DNA of 64,000 nucleotides from Candidatus Adlerbacteria bacterium (GTDB lineage Bacteria; Patescibacteriota; Minisyncoccia; Phycocordibacterales; SBAW01): NCBI GenBank assembly GCA_037135035.1, contig JBAXLB010000002.1, positions 4,993 to 68,992 of the forward strand, read 5' to 3'. Shown piece by piece: positions 56,123 to 64,000 of this stretch (position 1 is its first letter; each line of letters starts with the position of its first letter). The notes under the pieces were generated by a model. It saw only the letters and a program-made list of their open reading frames with translations, ran no database searches and was not told where the DNA came from. The position numbers and the translations under genes were made by a program.

Positions 56123-57946
56123 ATGGCACTCCTTGATTTTCTAAAACCAAAAACTGACGACGGTGGGCGCACCTCGTCTTTGGCGCCTATTATGCCCGAG
56201 CAGATTTACAAGCAAGGAGTGCTTGAACTGCAGGATGTTATCGCACCTTCAGCTTTAAAGATTACCCCGCGCGAAATTAACTTGGGCGACAAAATTGCAC
56301 GTACGTTTTTTGTCATGTCGTACCCGCGCACACTAACAGACTCGTGGTTTGCACCCATAATTAACCTCGACCGCGTGCTGGACATCTCAATTTTTGTGCA
56401 CCCTATAGACTCGGCAGAGATTTTGAAAAAGTTCCAAAAAAAGGTAGCCGAGGTACAGAGCCAAATTATGTCGCGGGAAGAAAAAGGCTTGGTGCGTGAC
56501 CCAATTTTGGACACTGCCTACCGCGACTTGGAGGATCTGCGCGACCAACTGCAACAAGCAGAGGAAAAGATATTTGACGTTGGCGTATACATTACCGTGT
56601 ACGGCAAAACGATTGAAGAACTCGACAAAACCGAGTCGGAAATAAAGTCTATGCTCGAGTCGCGCTTAATTTATGTAAAACCAGCACTCTTCCAACAAGA
56701 ACAAGGGTTTAAAAGCACACTCCCTATTGGCCGGGACGAGTTGCAGGTAAATTCAAAACTTAATTCGTCGCCACTCTCTTCTATTTTCCCGTTTGTGTCG
56801 TTTGACCTTACCTCTGACAAGGGTATTTTGTACGGGGTTAACCGCCACAACGCGTCCCTTGTGCTGTTTGACCGATTTTCGTTGGAGAACTATAACTCCG
56901 TTATTTTTGCAAAGTCAGGTTCGGGTAAGAGCTACGCTACCAAACTCGAGATTTTGCGCACACTTATGTTCGACACCGAAGTTATCGTCATAGACCCCGA
57001 GCGTGAATACGAATTTTTGAGCCAGACAGTGGGTGGGCGGTACTTTAACATCTCCCTTTCGTCCGAACACCACATTAACCCGTTTGACCTGCCAATACCG
57101 CGCGAAGACGAAAACCCGGCAGACATTTTGCGTTCCAACATTGTTGCGTTGGTCGGCCTCTTCCGCATTATGTTGGGAGGCCTTTCGCCAGAGGAAGACG
57201 CAATAATCGACAAAGCAATTACTGAAACATACGCGCTTAAAGACATCACTATAGACTCCAACTTTGCGGAAATTGAGCCACCACTCCTTTCCGACTTCGA
57301 AACAGTGCTTGCCGGTATGGACGGAAGCGAGTCATTGGGGCAACGCCTTTCAAAATATACCAAGGGTACGTGGTCGGGTTTTATCAACCAGCCGACTAAC
57401 GTCGACATCAACAAAAAATTTGTTGTGTTTTCTGTCCGCGACATGGAAGACGACCTAAAACCCGTCGCTATGTACCTTATTACCCACTATATATGGAACA
57501 CGGTACGTAAAAACCTTAAAAAACGCTTGCTCGTGATAGACGAGGCGTGGTGGATGATGAAGTCCGAAGACACCGCCTCGTTCTTGTACAGCATGGCAAA
57601 GCGCGGCCGTAAATATTACTTGGGGTTGGCAACCATTACCCAAGACGTGGACGACTTTTTAAAGTCGCCGTACGGGCTGCCTATGATTACCAACTCGTCC
57701 ATACAGTTGCTTTTGAAGCAGTCGCCAACAACGATAGACAACCTGCAAAAAACCTTTAACTTGTCCGACGAAGAAAAGTACTTGTTGCTCGAGTCAGACG
57801 TGGGGGAGGGAATATTTTTTGCTGGCCTGAAACACGTGGCTATAAAAGTTATCGCCTCATATACCGAAGACCAGATAATTACGTCCGACCCGTCGCAAGT
57901 GCTGGCAATTCGCAAACAAAAAGCCGACGCTGCTGCACAAGCATAG
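56123..57946 (+). CDS. VirB4-family ATPase (PrgJ/TcpF/ConE-like), main body
   Basis: 607 aa. GDKIARTFFVMSYPRTLTDSWFAPIINL block, Walker A AKSGSGKS, Walker B LVIDEAWWM. It is in a different frame from the preceding fragment. Confidence 0.85.
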   Translation: MALLDFLKPKTDDGGRTSSLAPIMPEQIYKQGVLELQDVIAPSALKITPREINLGDKIARTFFVMSYPRTLTDSWFAPIINLDRVLDISIFVHPIDSAEILKKFQKKVAEVQSQIMSREEKGLVRDPILDTAYRDLEDLRDQLQQAEEKIFDVGVYITVYGKTIEELDKTESEIKSMLESRLIYVKPALFQQEQGFKSTLPIGRDELQVNSKLNSSPLSSIFPFVSFDLTSDKGILYGVNRHNASLVLFDRFSLENYNSVIFAKSGSGKSYATKLEILRTLMFDTEVIVIDPEREYEFLSQTVGGRYFNISLSSEHHINPFDLPIPREDENPADILRSNIVALVGLFRIMLGGLSPEEDAIIDKAITETYALKDITIDSNFAEIEPPLLSDFETVLAGMDGSESLGQRLSKYTKGTWSGFINQPTNVDINKKFVVFSVRDMEDDLKPVAMYLITHYIWNTVRKNLKKRLLVIDEAWWMMKSEDTASFLYSMAKRGRKYYLGLATITQDVDDFLKSPYGLPMITNSSIQLLLKQSPTTIDNLQKTFNLSDEEKYLLLESDVGEGIFFAGLKHVAIKVIASYTEDQIITSDPSQVLAIRKQKADAAAQA

Positions 57947-57980
57947 TCGAAAGAAAAATAAACGCGGTACAATATAGGGC

Positions 57981-58682
57981 ATGAAGGGAGCGCTACTTAT
58001 AGGTTTTGCACTTCTTATAGACGGTGCGCAGGCGTTTACAGCGTTTACTTTTTTTGTTATGGGCGCGTTCCCGGGCACAGCAGGAGGCGGTATAGCTGGA
58101 TGTCTTCTCGGCTCTACTTTTTTTGGAGGAAAAATAGGTTGCTTCCTTGTAGGAACAATAACTAGCGTTGCCGGAAGCTTAGTTAACCCAGTATTAGCTC
58201 CCATAGCTTTACCTTTTGCTATTGCGCTTGGTTTTGGGATCAGTTTTTGTATTGATGTTACTTTAGGTGCCATACTTCTTGCCTCTTTGTGGTCGTTTGG
58301 TATGTATTATCCAAAATATGCTGGCGCCGGATTACTTTTAGAAATGTTACCAGGCCTTAGTAATTTACCCGGCTGGACATGTATGACAACCCTTGCAGTA
58401 ATTCGCAAAAAAGCCGAGGAGAAGAAATTGGAGGGGACTGCCGGGGAGGCCTTTTCAAAAAGAATGACGTCGGGCTTAACGGGAGCCGGGGCAACTACAA
58501 TTTTTGGCCTCAATCAAGCGACCCAAAAATTAGCGCGCGAGCGGGGCGTGTACACACAAGAAGAACAGAATACAGCGGACAGCAAAACAAAGTCGACTGT
58601 ATCTACAGAGCTTAGAAATATTGATGGCATTCGTGCACCGAGAACACAATCTTCCTCAAACCTTACTCCATATGCAGCGTAA
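57981..58682 (+). CDS. polytopic membrane protein of unknown function
   Basis: 233 aa. About 5 TM helices, Gly-rich. Confidence 0.5.
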   Translation: MKGALLIGFALLIDGAQAFTAFTFFVMGAFPGTAGGGIAGCLLGSTFFGGKIGCFLVGTITSVAGSLVNPVLAPIALPFAIALGFGISFCIDVTLGAILLASLWSFGMYYPKYAGAGLLLEMLPGLSNLPGWTCMTTLAVIRKKAEEKKLEGTAGEAFSKRMTSGLTGAGATTIFGLNQATQKLARERGVYTQEEQNTADSKTKSTVSTELRNIDGIRAPRTQSSSNLTPYAA

Positions 58683-59700
58683 ACTACACGTCACAATTTT
58701 TCTTGCTCTGTTTTTTATAGGTGTGCCTTGTGTACATGCGCAGTCGGCAGTGCCTGACCCATTGCAGTTTATAGTTTCACCAGAAAACCCAGGCCCAAAC
58801 CAGCTGGTAAATATTGAAGTAAACGGTGTCGGGCAATTTTTGGGCAACTCCGACATGGTCTGGCAGCAAAACGGCAAAGCGGTTGCTGCATTTGCAGGTA
58901 AAAAGTCATTTTCCTTTACAACAGGAGGTGTCGGTTTTATAACTCAGATACACCTTATTATTAACTCACCGGCGCTTGGCGTGATGACGCACGACTTTGT
59001 ATTTAACCCGTCGGTTGTCAACCTGGTCTGGGAAGCCGACACCTACACACCGCTGCTGTATAAAGGAAAAGCGTTATATAGCGGGGGCTCAAATTTGCAC
59101 GTTACTGCTTTCCCAACGGTTATGGTCGGAGGCAAGCTTGCAGAAACAAACAAACTTTCCTTCCAGTGGCGCCGCGGCGACGACCTAGTAACGGACGCAT
59201 CGGGTTTGGGAAGAAACTCGTTTGCATTCCAAGGTGACCAACTGCAAACAGAGGAAGATATTTCTGTAAAAGTATATTCTGGCACCACAGCAGTAGGGGA
59301 AGGGGATATTGTCGTACCAGCAAGTGCCCCTCAAGTATTGATGTACAACAAAGACCCACTGCGCGGAGAGTTGTTAGACGAAGGTATGCAAAACAGCGTT
59401 TCTCTACAACAAAAAGAAATTACCCTGCAGGCAGAGCCGTACTTTTTTTCAAACACGAGCGTGCAGCGTAAAGCCCTTGTGTACACATGGCAGCTAAGCG
59501 GGCAGGAAACTACTGGCCCAAATGCGGCGCAGGGTATACTGACCTTGCGACAGACAGGGAGTGGTGGTGGGCAGGCTGACTTGAGCGTAAGCGTACAGAA
59601 CACGGACACAAGCAAATTTGTACAGTCGGCAGATGCTAGTTTGCAATTACTCTTTGGACAGCAAACGGGTTCGGCACTTTCGTCATTCTTTGGCTTATGA
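58672..59700 (+). CDS. secreted hypothetical protein
   Basis: 343 aa from the internal ATG. Signal peptide MQRKLHVTIFLALFFIGVPCVHAQS. Confidence 0.5.
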   Translation: MQRKLHVTIFLALFFIGVPCVHAQSAVPDPLQFIVSPENPGPNQLVNIEVNGVGQFLGNSDMVWQQNGKAVAAFAGKKSFSFTTGGVGFITQIHLIINSPALGVMTHDFVFNPSVVNLVWEADTYTPLLYKGKALYSGGSNLHVTAFPTVMVGGKLAETNKLSFQWRRGDDLVTDASGLGRNSFAFQGDQLQTEEDISVKVYSGTTAVGEGDIVVPASAPQVLMYNKDPLRGELLDEGMQNSVSLQQKEITLQAEPYFFSNTSVQRKALVYTWQLSGQETTGPNAAQGILTLRQTGSGGGQADLSVSVQNTDTSKFVQSADASLQLLFGQQTGSALSSFFGL

Positions 59701-60425
59701 TGTATAAAAAATTATTTCCTATTCTTTTGGTTCTTGTATTTGGCGTTATTCCACTTAAAATTCAGGCCCAATTTACTGCTGGATGTATAACCCTTGGCTC
59801 TACTGATCCTACGACAACACCTCCTGATCCAAAAACTAATCAATGTCCACCGGGCACGAGACCTATTAATAGTAGTGGTCAAGCCGCTACTTTTACAAAC
59901 GTTCCTAACCTTGGGTACATACCTCTTGAGCCTTTAGTAGGGGAAGATTCAAAACAAGCAAATTTTTGCCAGCTTTTAAATTTAATTTTTAAAACACTTA
60001 TTTATTTAGGGGGTATGGCTGCCGTCTTGTTTTTAGTGTTGGGTGGTATCACGTACATGGTTTCCGAAGTAGTAGACAAAAGGGGGGCCGCACGTGAACG
60101 TATTAAAGCCGCTGTATTAGGACTTGTATTACTTCTTGCTTCGTGGATTATCCTAAATACTATTAATCCTCAACTAGTTACCGCTTGCAGTATTCTTAAT
60201 CCAACTACATTACCAGGCTTAGCAGCACCGTCTACGTCAAACCAGATTCAAGACGCAGAGAAAAACTGCTTAGCATTACCTGAAGTAAACGGGAAAAAAG
60301 CGATACTTAAAACGGGGGATCCGACACCTGGTCTTTTTGGATGCAGTCCCGGAATCATTCCTCGAGGTTGGGCTTGCTCTGTTATACGACCCGGTGAAAT
60401 TTGTCTTGTTCCTCCCATACTCTAA
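59697..60425 (+). CDS. signal-peptide protein with two central TM helices and Cys-rich termini (possible VirB2/TrbC-like pilin-related)
   Basis: 242 aa. Signal peptide, Pro/Thr-rich segment, two hydrophobic helices (LIYLGGMAAVLFLVLGGITYMV, AAVLGLVLLLASWIILNTI). Assignment is weak. Confidence 0.3.
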   Translation: MMYKKLFPILLVLVFGVIPLKIQAQFTAGCITLGSTDPTTTPPDPKTNQCPPGTRPINSSGQAATFTNVPNLGYIPLEPLVGEDSKQANFCQLLNLIFKTLIYLGGMAAVLFLVLGGITYMVSEVVDKRGAARERIKAAVLGLVLLLASWIILNTINPQLVTACSILNPTTLPGLAAPSTSNQIQDAEKNCLALPEVNGKKAILKTGDPTPGLFGCSPGIIPRGWACSVIRPGEICLVPPIL

Positions 60426-61631
60426 ATGAAAAAGAACACTTTATATATAATGAGCGGGATAATTCTTCTAGCAATAATTTTGTTATTGCTGTTTTTCTTC
60501 TTTCGTTCCCGCTCAACAGTAGGCACACCGTCAACTGGGTTTTTTGGTATTGGCGGCAATGTCTCAACAACACAAACAGCGGGGGACTCTACGGCTACAG
60601 GACAAGGGGGGAACCTCTCTCTTCAGCGAGTGTTTAAAATTGCCGACGGTCCAGTTGCAGGGGCAACGTTTGTGCAAACATTTAGCCCGACGACCACGCT
60701 TGCACGCTACGTGATGCAAGACACGGGGCATATATTTGACCTTGCAATTGACGTCGCTGGCGCAGCTGCACGGCCAATTTCAAATACGACGATACCTGGG
60801 GTCACAGCAGCTTTTTGGGAGAAAAAAGGTGGTGCCACAATACTGCAGTATGTAGATGCGAGCGTACTTAAAAGTGTATATGCCGAATTCCCACCTGCAA
60901 CGACAACCAGTGTCGTAACCCCCGTGCGTATACAATTTTTGCCAAGCGGTATATCTGCGCTTGCTGCCTCACCCGACGGAAGCAGCTTTGCCTACACACT
61001 GCAAACAAGCAGGGGGGTTGATGGATATATAGCAAACCCCGACGGCACAAATAGTAAAAAAGTATTTTCATTACCACTTTCGCAAGTTTTACTTTCGTGG
61101 CCGGCGCAAAACACGCTACTTGCACAGGCAAAAAGTGCGGTGGGGGTACCGGGTATAGCTTTTGCTATAGATGCAAAAACTGGCGCAGTTTCACCACTGC
61201 TCTATACGCCCGGACTGTCGGTAATTGCAAATAGTGACTTTTCAAAAGTCGTATACCAAACAAGCCCCAACACACAGACGGGTGCAACTACCTATGCCCA
61301 CGATGGGCCAACAGGTAAAGACACTGATATTTCTAAAACACCACTCCCAGAAAAATGTGCGTGGAGCACTGTTGATACTACGGCTCTTTACTGCGCAGTG
61401 TCTCTTGACCCGACGCCAGCAACGTATATGGACTTGTGGCATCAGGGTCTTGTGCAAATGCCCGACAGTATAGTTTTATTTGATACTAACAATGGCGCAG
61501 GTGTTGTTATAACGCTACCGGGCAATGGGGGACCGAGTGCACCAATAGACCAGCTTGGCGTGTCGCCAGACGGGAAATACTTACTGTTTATCACCCGCGG
61601 AGACCATTCGCTTTGGGGCGTGCGACTCTAA
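60426..61631 (+). CDS. membrane-anchored beta-propeller-like (PD40/TolB-like repeat) protein
   Basis: 401 aa. TM anchor. SPDGSSFAY and SPDGKYLLF motifs typical of WD40-like beta-propeller blades. Confidence 0.45.
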   Translation: MKKNTLYIMSGIILLAIILLLLFFFFRSRSTVGTPSTGFFGIGGNVSTTQTAGDSTATGQGGNLSLQRVFKIADGPVAGATFVQTFSPTTTLARYVMQDTGHIFDLAIDVAGAAARPISNTTIPGVTAAFWEKKGGATILQYVDASVLKSVYAEFPPATTTSVVTPVRIQFLPSGISALAASPDGSSFAYTLQTSRGVDGYIANPDGTNSKKVFSLPLSQVLLSWPAQNTLLAQAKSAVGVPGIAFAIDAKTGAVSPLLYTPGLSVIANSDFSKVVYQTSPNTQTGATTYAHDGPTGKDTDISKTPLPEKCAWSTVDTTALYCAVSLDPTPATYMDLWHQGLVQMPDSIVLFDTNNGAGVVITLPGNGGPSAPIDQLGVSPDGKYLLFITRGDHSLWGVRL

Positions 61632-61639
61632 TATAAAAA

Positions 61640-62143
61640 CTATACAGAGGCTTTGCGAGCACCTCGTGCCGCAAGGACAATGTGTCGAAACTTACCTTCG
61701 CCTTCGGAGCGAGTTTCTATCTCTGCATCGTTTGCAAATAACTCGTGCACTACTAAACGTTCGTACGAACTGAGCGGCGGCATCTCTACGTCGTGTTTAA
61801 AAAGTCGCACCCGCTGGGCCAACAAGCGTGCGTTTGCGCGCACTGTTTCCATCTGATGTTCGTGGTGGCCATTTACATCAATAAGAAAGCTCGCAGCCTC
61901 TACACCATACTTTTTTTCTACCAATCTACGCGCAACTGCATTTAATGCACGCAGATGTTCACCATCTGGGCCTATAAGCAGCTCTGCGTCGGGGGAGGTG
62001 ACAGCAACAACAGTCCGATGTCCTGAAGAAACGGCAATATTTGTAACCGAGAGGCCGAGCAACCCAACCAGTGTAGAGACTGTGTCTTGGAGAAGCTCGG
62101 GAGTCATAGAGCCACAATACTCTAACTGTCGTGTACTACGCAA
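61640..62143 (-). CDS. jag: Jag-family KH/R3H RNA-binding protein
   Basis: 167 aa. KH-like GPDGEHLRALN and R3H LSSYERLVVHELF. Canonical position downstream of yidC. Confidence 0.8.
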   Translation of the reverse strand: MRSTRQLEYCGSMTPELLQDTVSTLVGLLGLSVTNIAVSSGHRTVVAVTSPDAELLIGPDGEHLRALNAVARRLVEKKYGVEAASFLIDVNGHHEHQMETVRANARLLAQRVRLFKHDVEMPPLSSYERLVVHELFANDAEIETRSEGEGKFRHIVLAARGARKASV

Positions 62144-62171
62144 CCCGCCGCCGGCGAGGCAGGCTAGGTTG

Positions 62172-62888
62172 CTATTTTTTCTGCATCTGGCGCTGGATTA
62201 TCCACTCTTGCCCTAATGAAATTACGCTACCTGCGGCAAAGTATATGCCAACCGCCGCAGGGAGGGTGTAAGACACCACACCCATAAGCCCCGGAAGGAA
62301 GTACAACATCATACCTTGTTGGAGCTTTTGGCTCATTTCTTTTTGTGGGTCTACGCTTCCAGCAGAAGAGACTGTGCGGAACAAAGAAAGTTTAATAACC
62401 GCATATTGCAAAAAGGCTACAGCAAGTGCAAGTACTACATTGTGTTTGAGTAGCAAGTCTATAAGCCCAAAAAAGTTGGTGCTTACTACCGTGGGTACCG
62501 ACACAAATGAATAGAGCAGTTCTGTGGCTATTTTAGGCAGATCTTCGCGGAAGAACGCGTAGTAGAGGGCCAAAAATACTGGTATCTGCACAAGTAGTGC
62601 AAAAAACGCGCTGAGTGGCCGCACTTTATGTTGCTTAAATAACTCCATCGTGCGCTTTGCACGTTCGTCTGCGTTGTCTTTGTATTTTTTGTTTATCTCG
62701 TTCAACTCCACCTGCGCTGCCTGCATGCCCATCTGGGTACGGATGTTGGATGCAAACAGCGGGTAAAACACTATACGTATAAGGAGTGTCATGGCAATTA
62801 TTGCCAAGCCCACGTCACCTTGCGGCATAATGCCAATAAGGTAAATGAACGCGTTATATATGGGGTTGATAAGAAATGTATTAAACAT
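62172..62888 (-). CDS. yidC: membrane protein insertase YidC (short, monoderm type)
   Basis: 238 aa. Five-TM YidC/Oxa1 core (LIRIVFYPL..., QPIMQ-like block). Position between rnpA and jag. Confidence 0.88.
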   Translation of the reverse strand: MFNTFLINPIYNAFIYLIGIMPQGDVGLAIIAMTLLIRIVFYPLFASNIRTQMGMQAAQVELNEINKKYKDNADERAKRTMELFKQHKVRPLSAFFALLVQIPVFLALYYAFFREDLPKIATELLYSFVSVPTVVSTNFFGLIDLLLKHNVVLALAVAFLQYAVIKLSLFRTVSSAGSVDPQKEMSQKLQQGMMLYFLPGLMGVVSYTLPAAVGIYFAAGSVISLGQEWIIQRQMQKK

Positions 62889-62891
62889 GAG

Positions 62892-63206
62892 TTATCTGGT
62901 CTTTTCTAACAGTACCATTAATTCTTGTTGGAAGGCTGGCGCTAGGGGATTGGTTGGAATTTTCTGTACAAAGATAACTACCGATCCACTGCCCGAACAG
63001 GAGACGAGCGCCCGATATACCGCCCGGCGCAGACGATTACGTTCGACTGCTCCGCGTGCCACCTTTTTAGATACTACTACCGCAGCGCGGAGTAGCTGGG
63101 TGCTAGGGATATGTTTTACAGAAAGGAACCCGGCCCGGCCAGAACGGCCTGCCGTAATGATATTCCTCACTTCTGCAGCGCTAAGCCGCCTCCGTTTTGG
63201 AAGCAT
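62892..63206 (-). CDS. rnpA: ribonuclease P protein component
   Basis: 104 aa. RNR motif region (NRLRRAVYRAL), basic pI. Immediately downstream of rpmH. Confidence 0.88.
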   Translation of the reverse strand: MLPKRRRLSAAEVRNIITAGRSGRAGFLSVKHIPSTQLLRAAVVVSKKVARGAVERNRLRRAVYRALVSCSGSGSVVIFVQKIPTNPLAPAFQQELMVLLEKTR

Positions 63207-63214
63207 GGCTGGTA

Positions 63215-63349
63215 TTAGACTGTTACACGAGCGCGGCCTTTGTGGCGTCTGCGGGCAACGGTTTTCTGGCCCCCCGGGGTGCGAGCACGCTTAAGGAACC
63301 CGTGTGCACGTGCGCGTTTGCGCTTTTTTGGCTGGTAGGTTTGCGACAT
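63215..63349 (-). CDS. rpmH: 50S ribosomal protein L34
   Basis: 44 aa. [44 protein letters not shown], hand-translated. Not in the ORF track because it is under 60 aa. Confidence 0.9.
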   Translation of the reverse strand: MSQTYQPKKRKRARAHGFLKRARTPGGQKTVARRRHKGRARVTV

Positions 63350-63449
63350 GTGTCAAATATACTCTATACCCAGTTTCTCCACAACTTGTGCACAAAGTGT
63401 CTTTTTTGACGGGCCGAACTATACCGCGTATTCTTAAGGCCACTCCTCC

Positions 63450-64000
63450 ATGACCACCACGAAAGAACTTTGGGAAAATGCACTGGTCGAACTTGAACTT
63501 ACAATATCCAAGCCAAATTTTAATACCTGGTTTAAAGATACACACGTGGTGCGGGTCGAAGAAGGGGCGGTGTACCTTGGCGTACCGTCACAATTTGCCC
63601 GCGACTGGCTTTCGACTAAATTTCATAAAGATATTCTGCGTTCATTGCGCGGACTCTCAGACACGGTACGCACGGTCGAATATATAATTTCTCGTGGGCC
63701 TAAAAAAAATGTAGAAGATGCTCGTACTGTGCCCGCCGCACCGTCAGAATTGCCGCTTGAAAGCGTTCATGCAAAAACAAACTTGAACCCGCGTTTTACC
63801 CTACAGTCGTTTGTTGTAGGGCCGTTTAACGAACTTGCGCACGCAGCCGCACAAGCCGTTATACGCAAGCCAGGCAGCGCCTACAACCCACTCCTTATAT
63901 ACGGCCCTACCGGTTTGGGCAAAACGCACCTTATACAAGCAATAGGGAACCACTTCCGCGTTAACGCACCTGAGCGAAAAGTACAGTACGTAACATCGGA
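63450..64000 (+). CDS. dnaA: chromosomal replication initiator DnaA (5' part, runs off the window end)
   Basis: Hand-translated from the ATG at 63450: MTTTKELWENALVELELTISKPNFNTWFKDT...FVVGPFNELAHAAAQAVIRKPGSAYNPLLIYGPTGLGKTHL. DnaA N-terminal domain and the start of the AAA+ Walker A. Missing from the ORF track because no stop falls in the window. Confidence 0.9.
   Translation, partial: MTTTKELWENALVELELTISKPNFNTWFKDTHVVRVEEGAVYLGVPSQFARDWLSTKFHKDILRSLRGLSDTVRTVEYIISRGPKKNVEDARTVPAAPSELPLESVHAKTNLNPRFTLQSFVVGPFNELAHAAAQAVIRKPGSAYNPLLIYGPTGLGKTHLIQAIGNHFRVNAPERKVQYVTS

Noticed and set aside
62196-62203. Consensus DnaA box TTATCCAC within the yidC coding region
   Set aside because: A single isolated box inside a gene. 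Most likely chance, and the origin is more probably next to dnaA.
1-64000. CRISPR arrays, rRNA genes, transposases or integrases other than Xer
   Set aside because: No regularly spaced direct repeats, no rRNA-like conserved stretches, and no DDE or serine recombinase motifs were seen on either strand.

Overview
The window reads as a chromosomal segment of a small-genome bacterium with a ~45-50% GC backbone. It ends in the classic replication-origin gene block: rpmH-rnpA-yidC-jag on the minus strand facing dnaA on the plus strand, with dnaA truncated by the window end. Gene content (RNase Y, a short YidC, many TrmB-family regulators, a Gram-positive-type T4SS) suggests a monoderm, CPR/Patescibacteria-like (possibly Saccharibacteria-like) lineage; this is inference only.

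Housekeeping genes that can be called from sequence:
- clpP, rny, hup, lnt, tRNA-Gly(TCC), tRNA-Gly(GCC), tRNA-Arg(TCG) and cca.
- An RlmI-like rRNA methyltransferase, yraN, xth, a NUDIX hydrolase and an SDR oxidoreductase.
- xerC/D, rpsO, pnp, a DksA/TraR zinc-finger protein, comM/yifB, a LysM-M23 peptidase, pcrA/uvrD and ksgA.

Accessory or unusual content:
- Five TrmB-family regulator paralogs and three NYN-domain paralogs. One NYN gene is bracketed by a 60-bp synonymous-only duplicate of the hup 3' end.
- A TOMM-type RiPP island: a divergent cupin hydroxylase, a tiny lipoprotein ORF, a SagB-like dehydrogenase, a YcaO cyclodehydratase and a Gly/Ser/Cys-rich candidate precursor peptide.
- About nine conspicuously GC-rich islets carrying small ORFs with their own RBS, promoter and terminator (moron-like). 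Three share a conserved ~52-bp leader followed by hairpins that differ in sequence but keep the same structure.
- A T4SS-like cluster at 48.8-61.6 kb: a VirB6/TrbL-like protein, a PrgI/VirB3-like protein, and a VirB4 ATPase split across two ORFs, plus secreted and membrane proteins.

No CRISPR array, rRNA or obvious transposase was seen. Starts of several CDS were moved to internal start codons with better RBS context. Identity assignments rest on motifs read by eye, not on searches.
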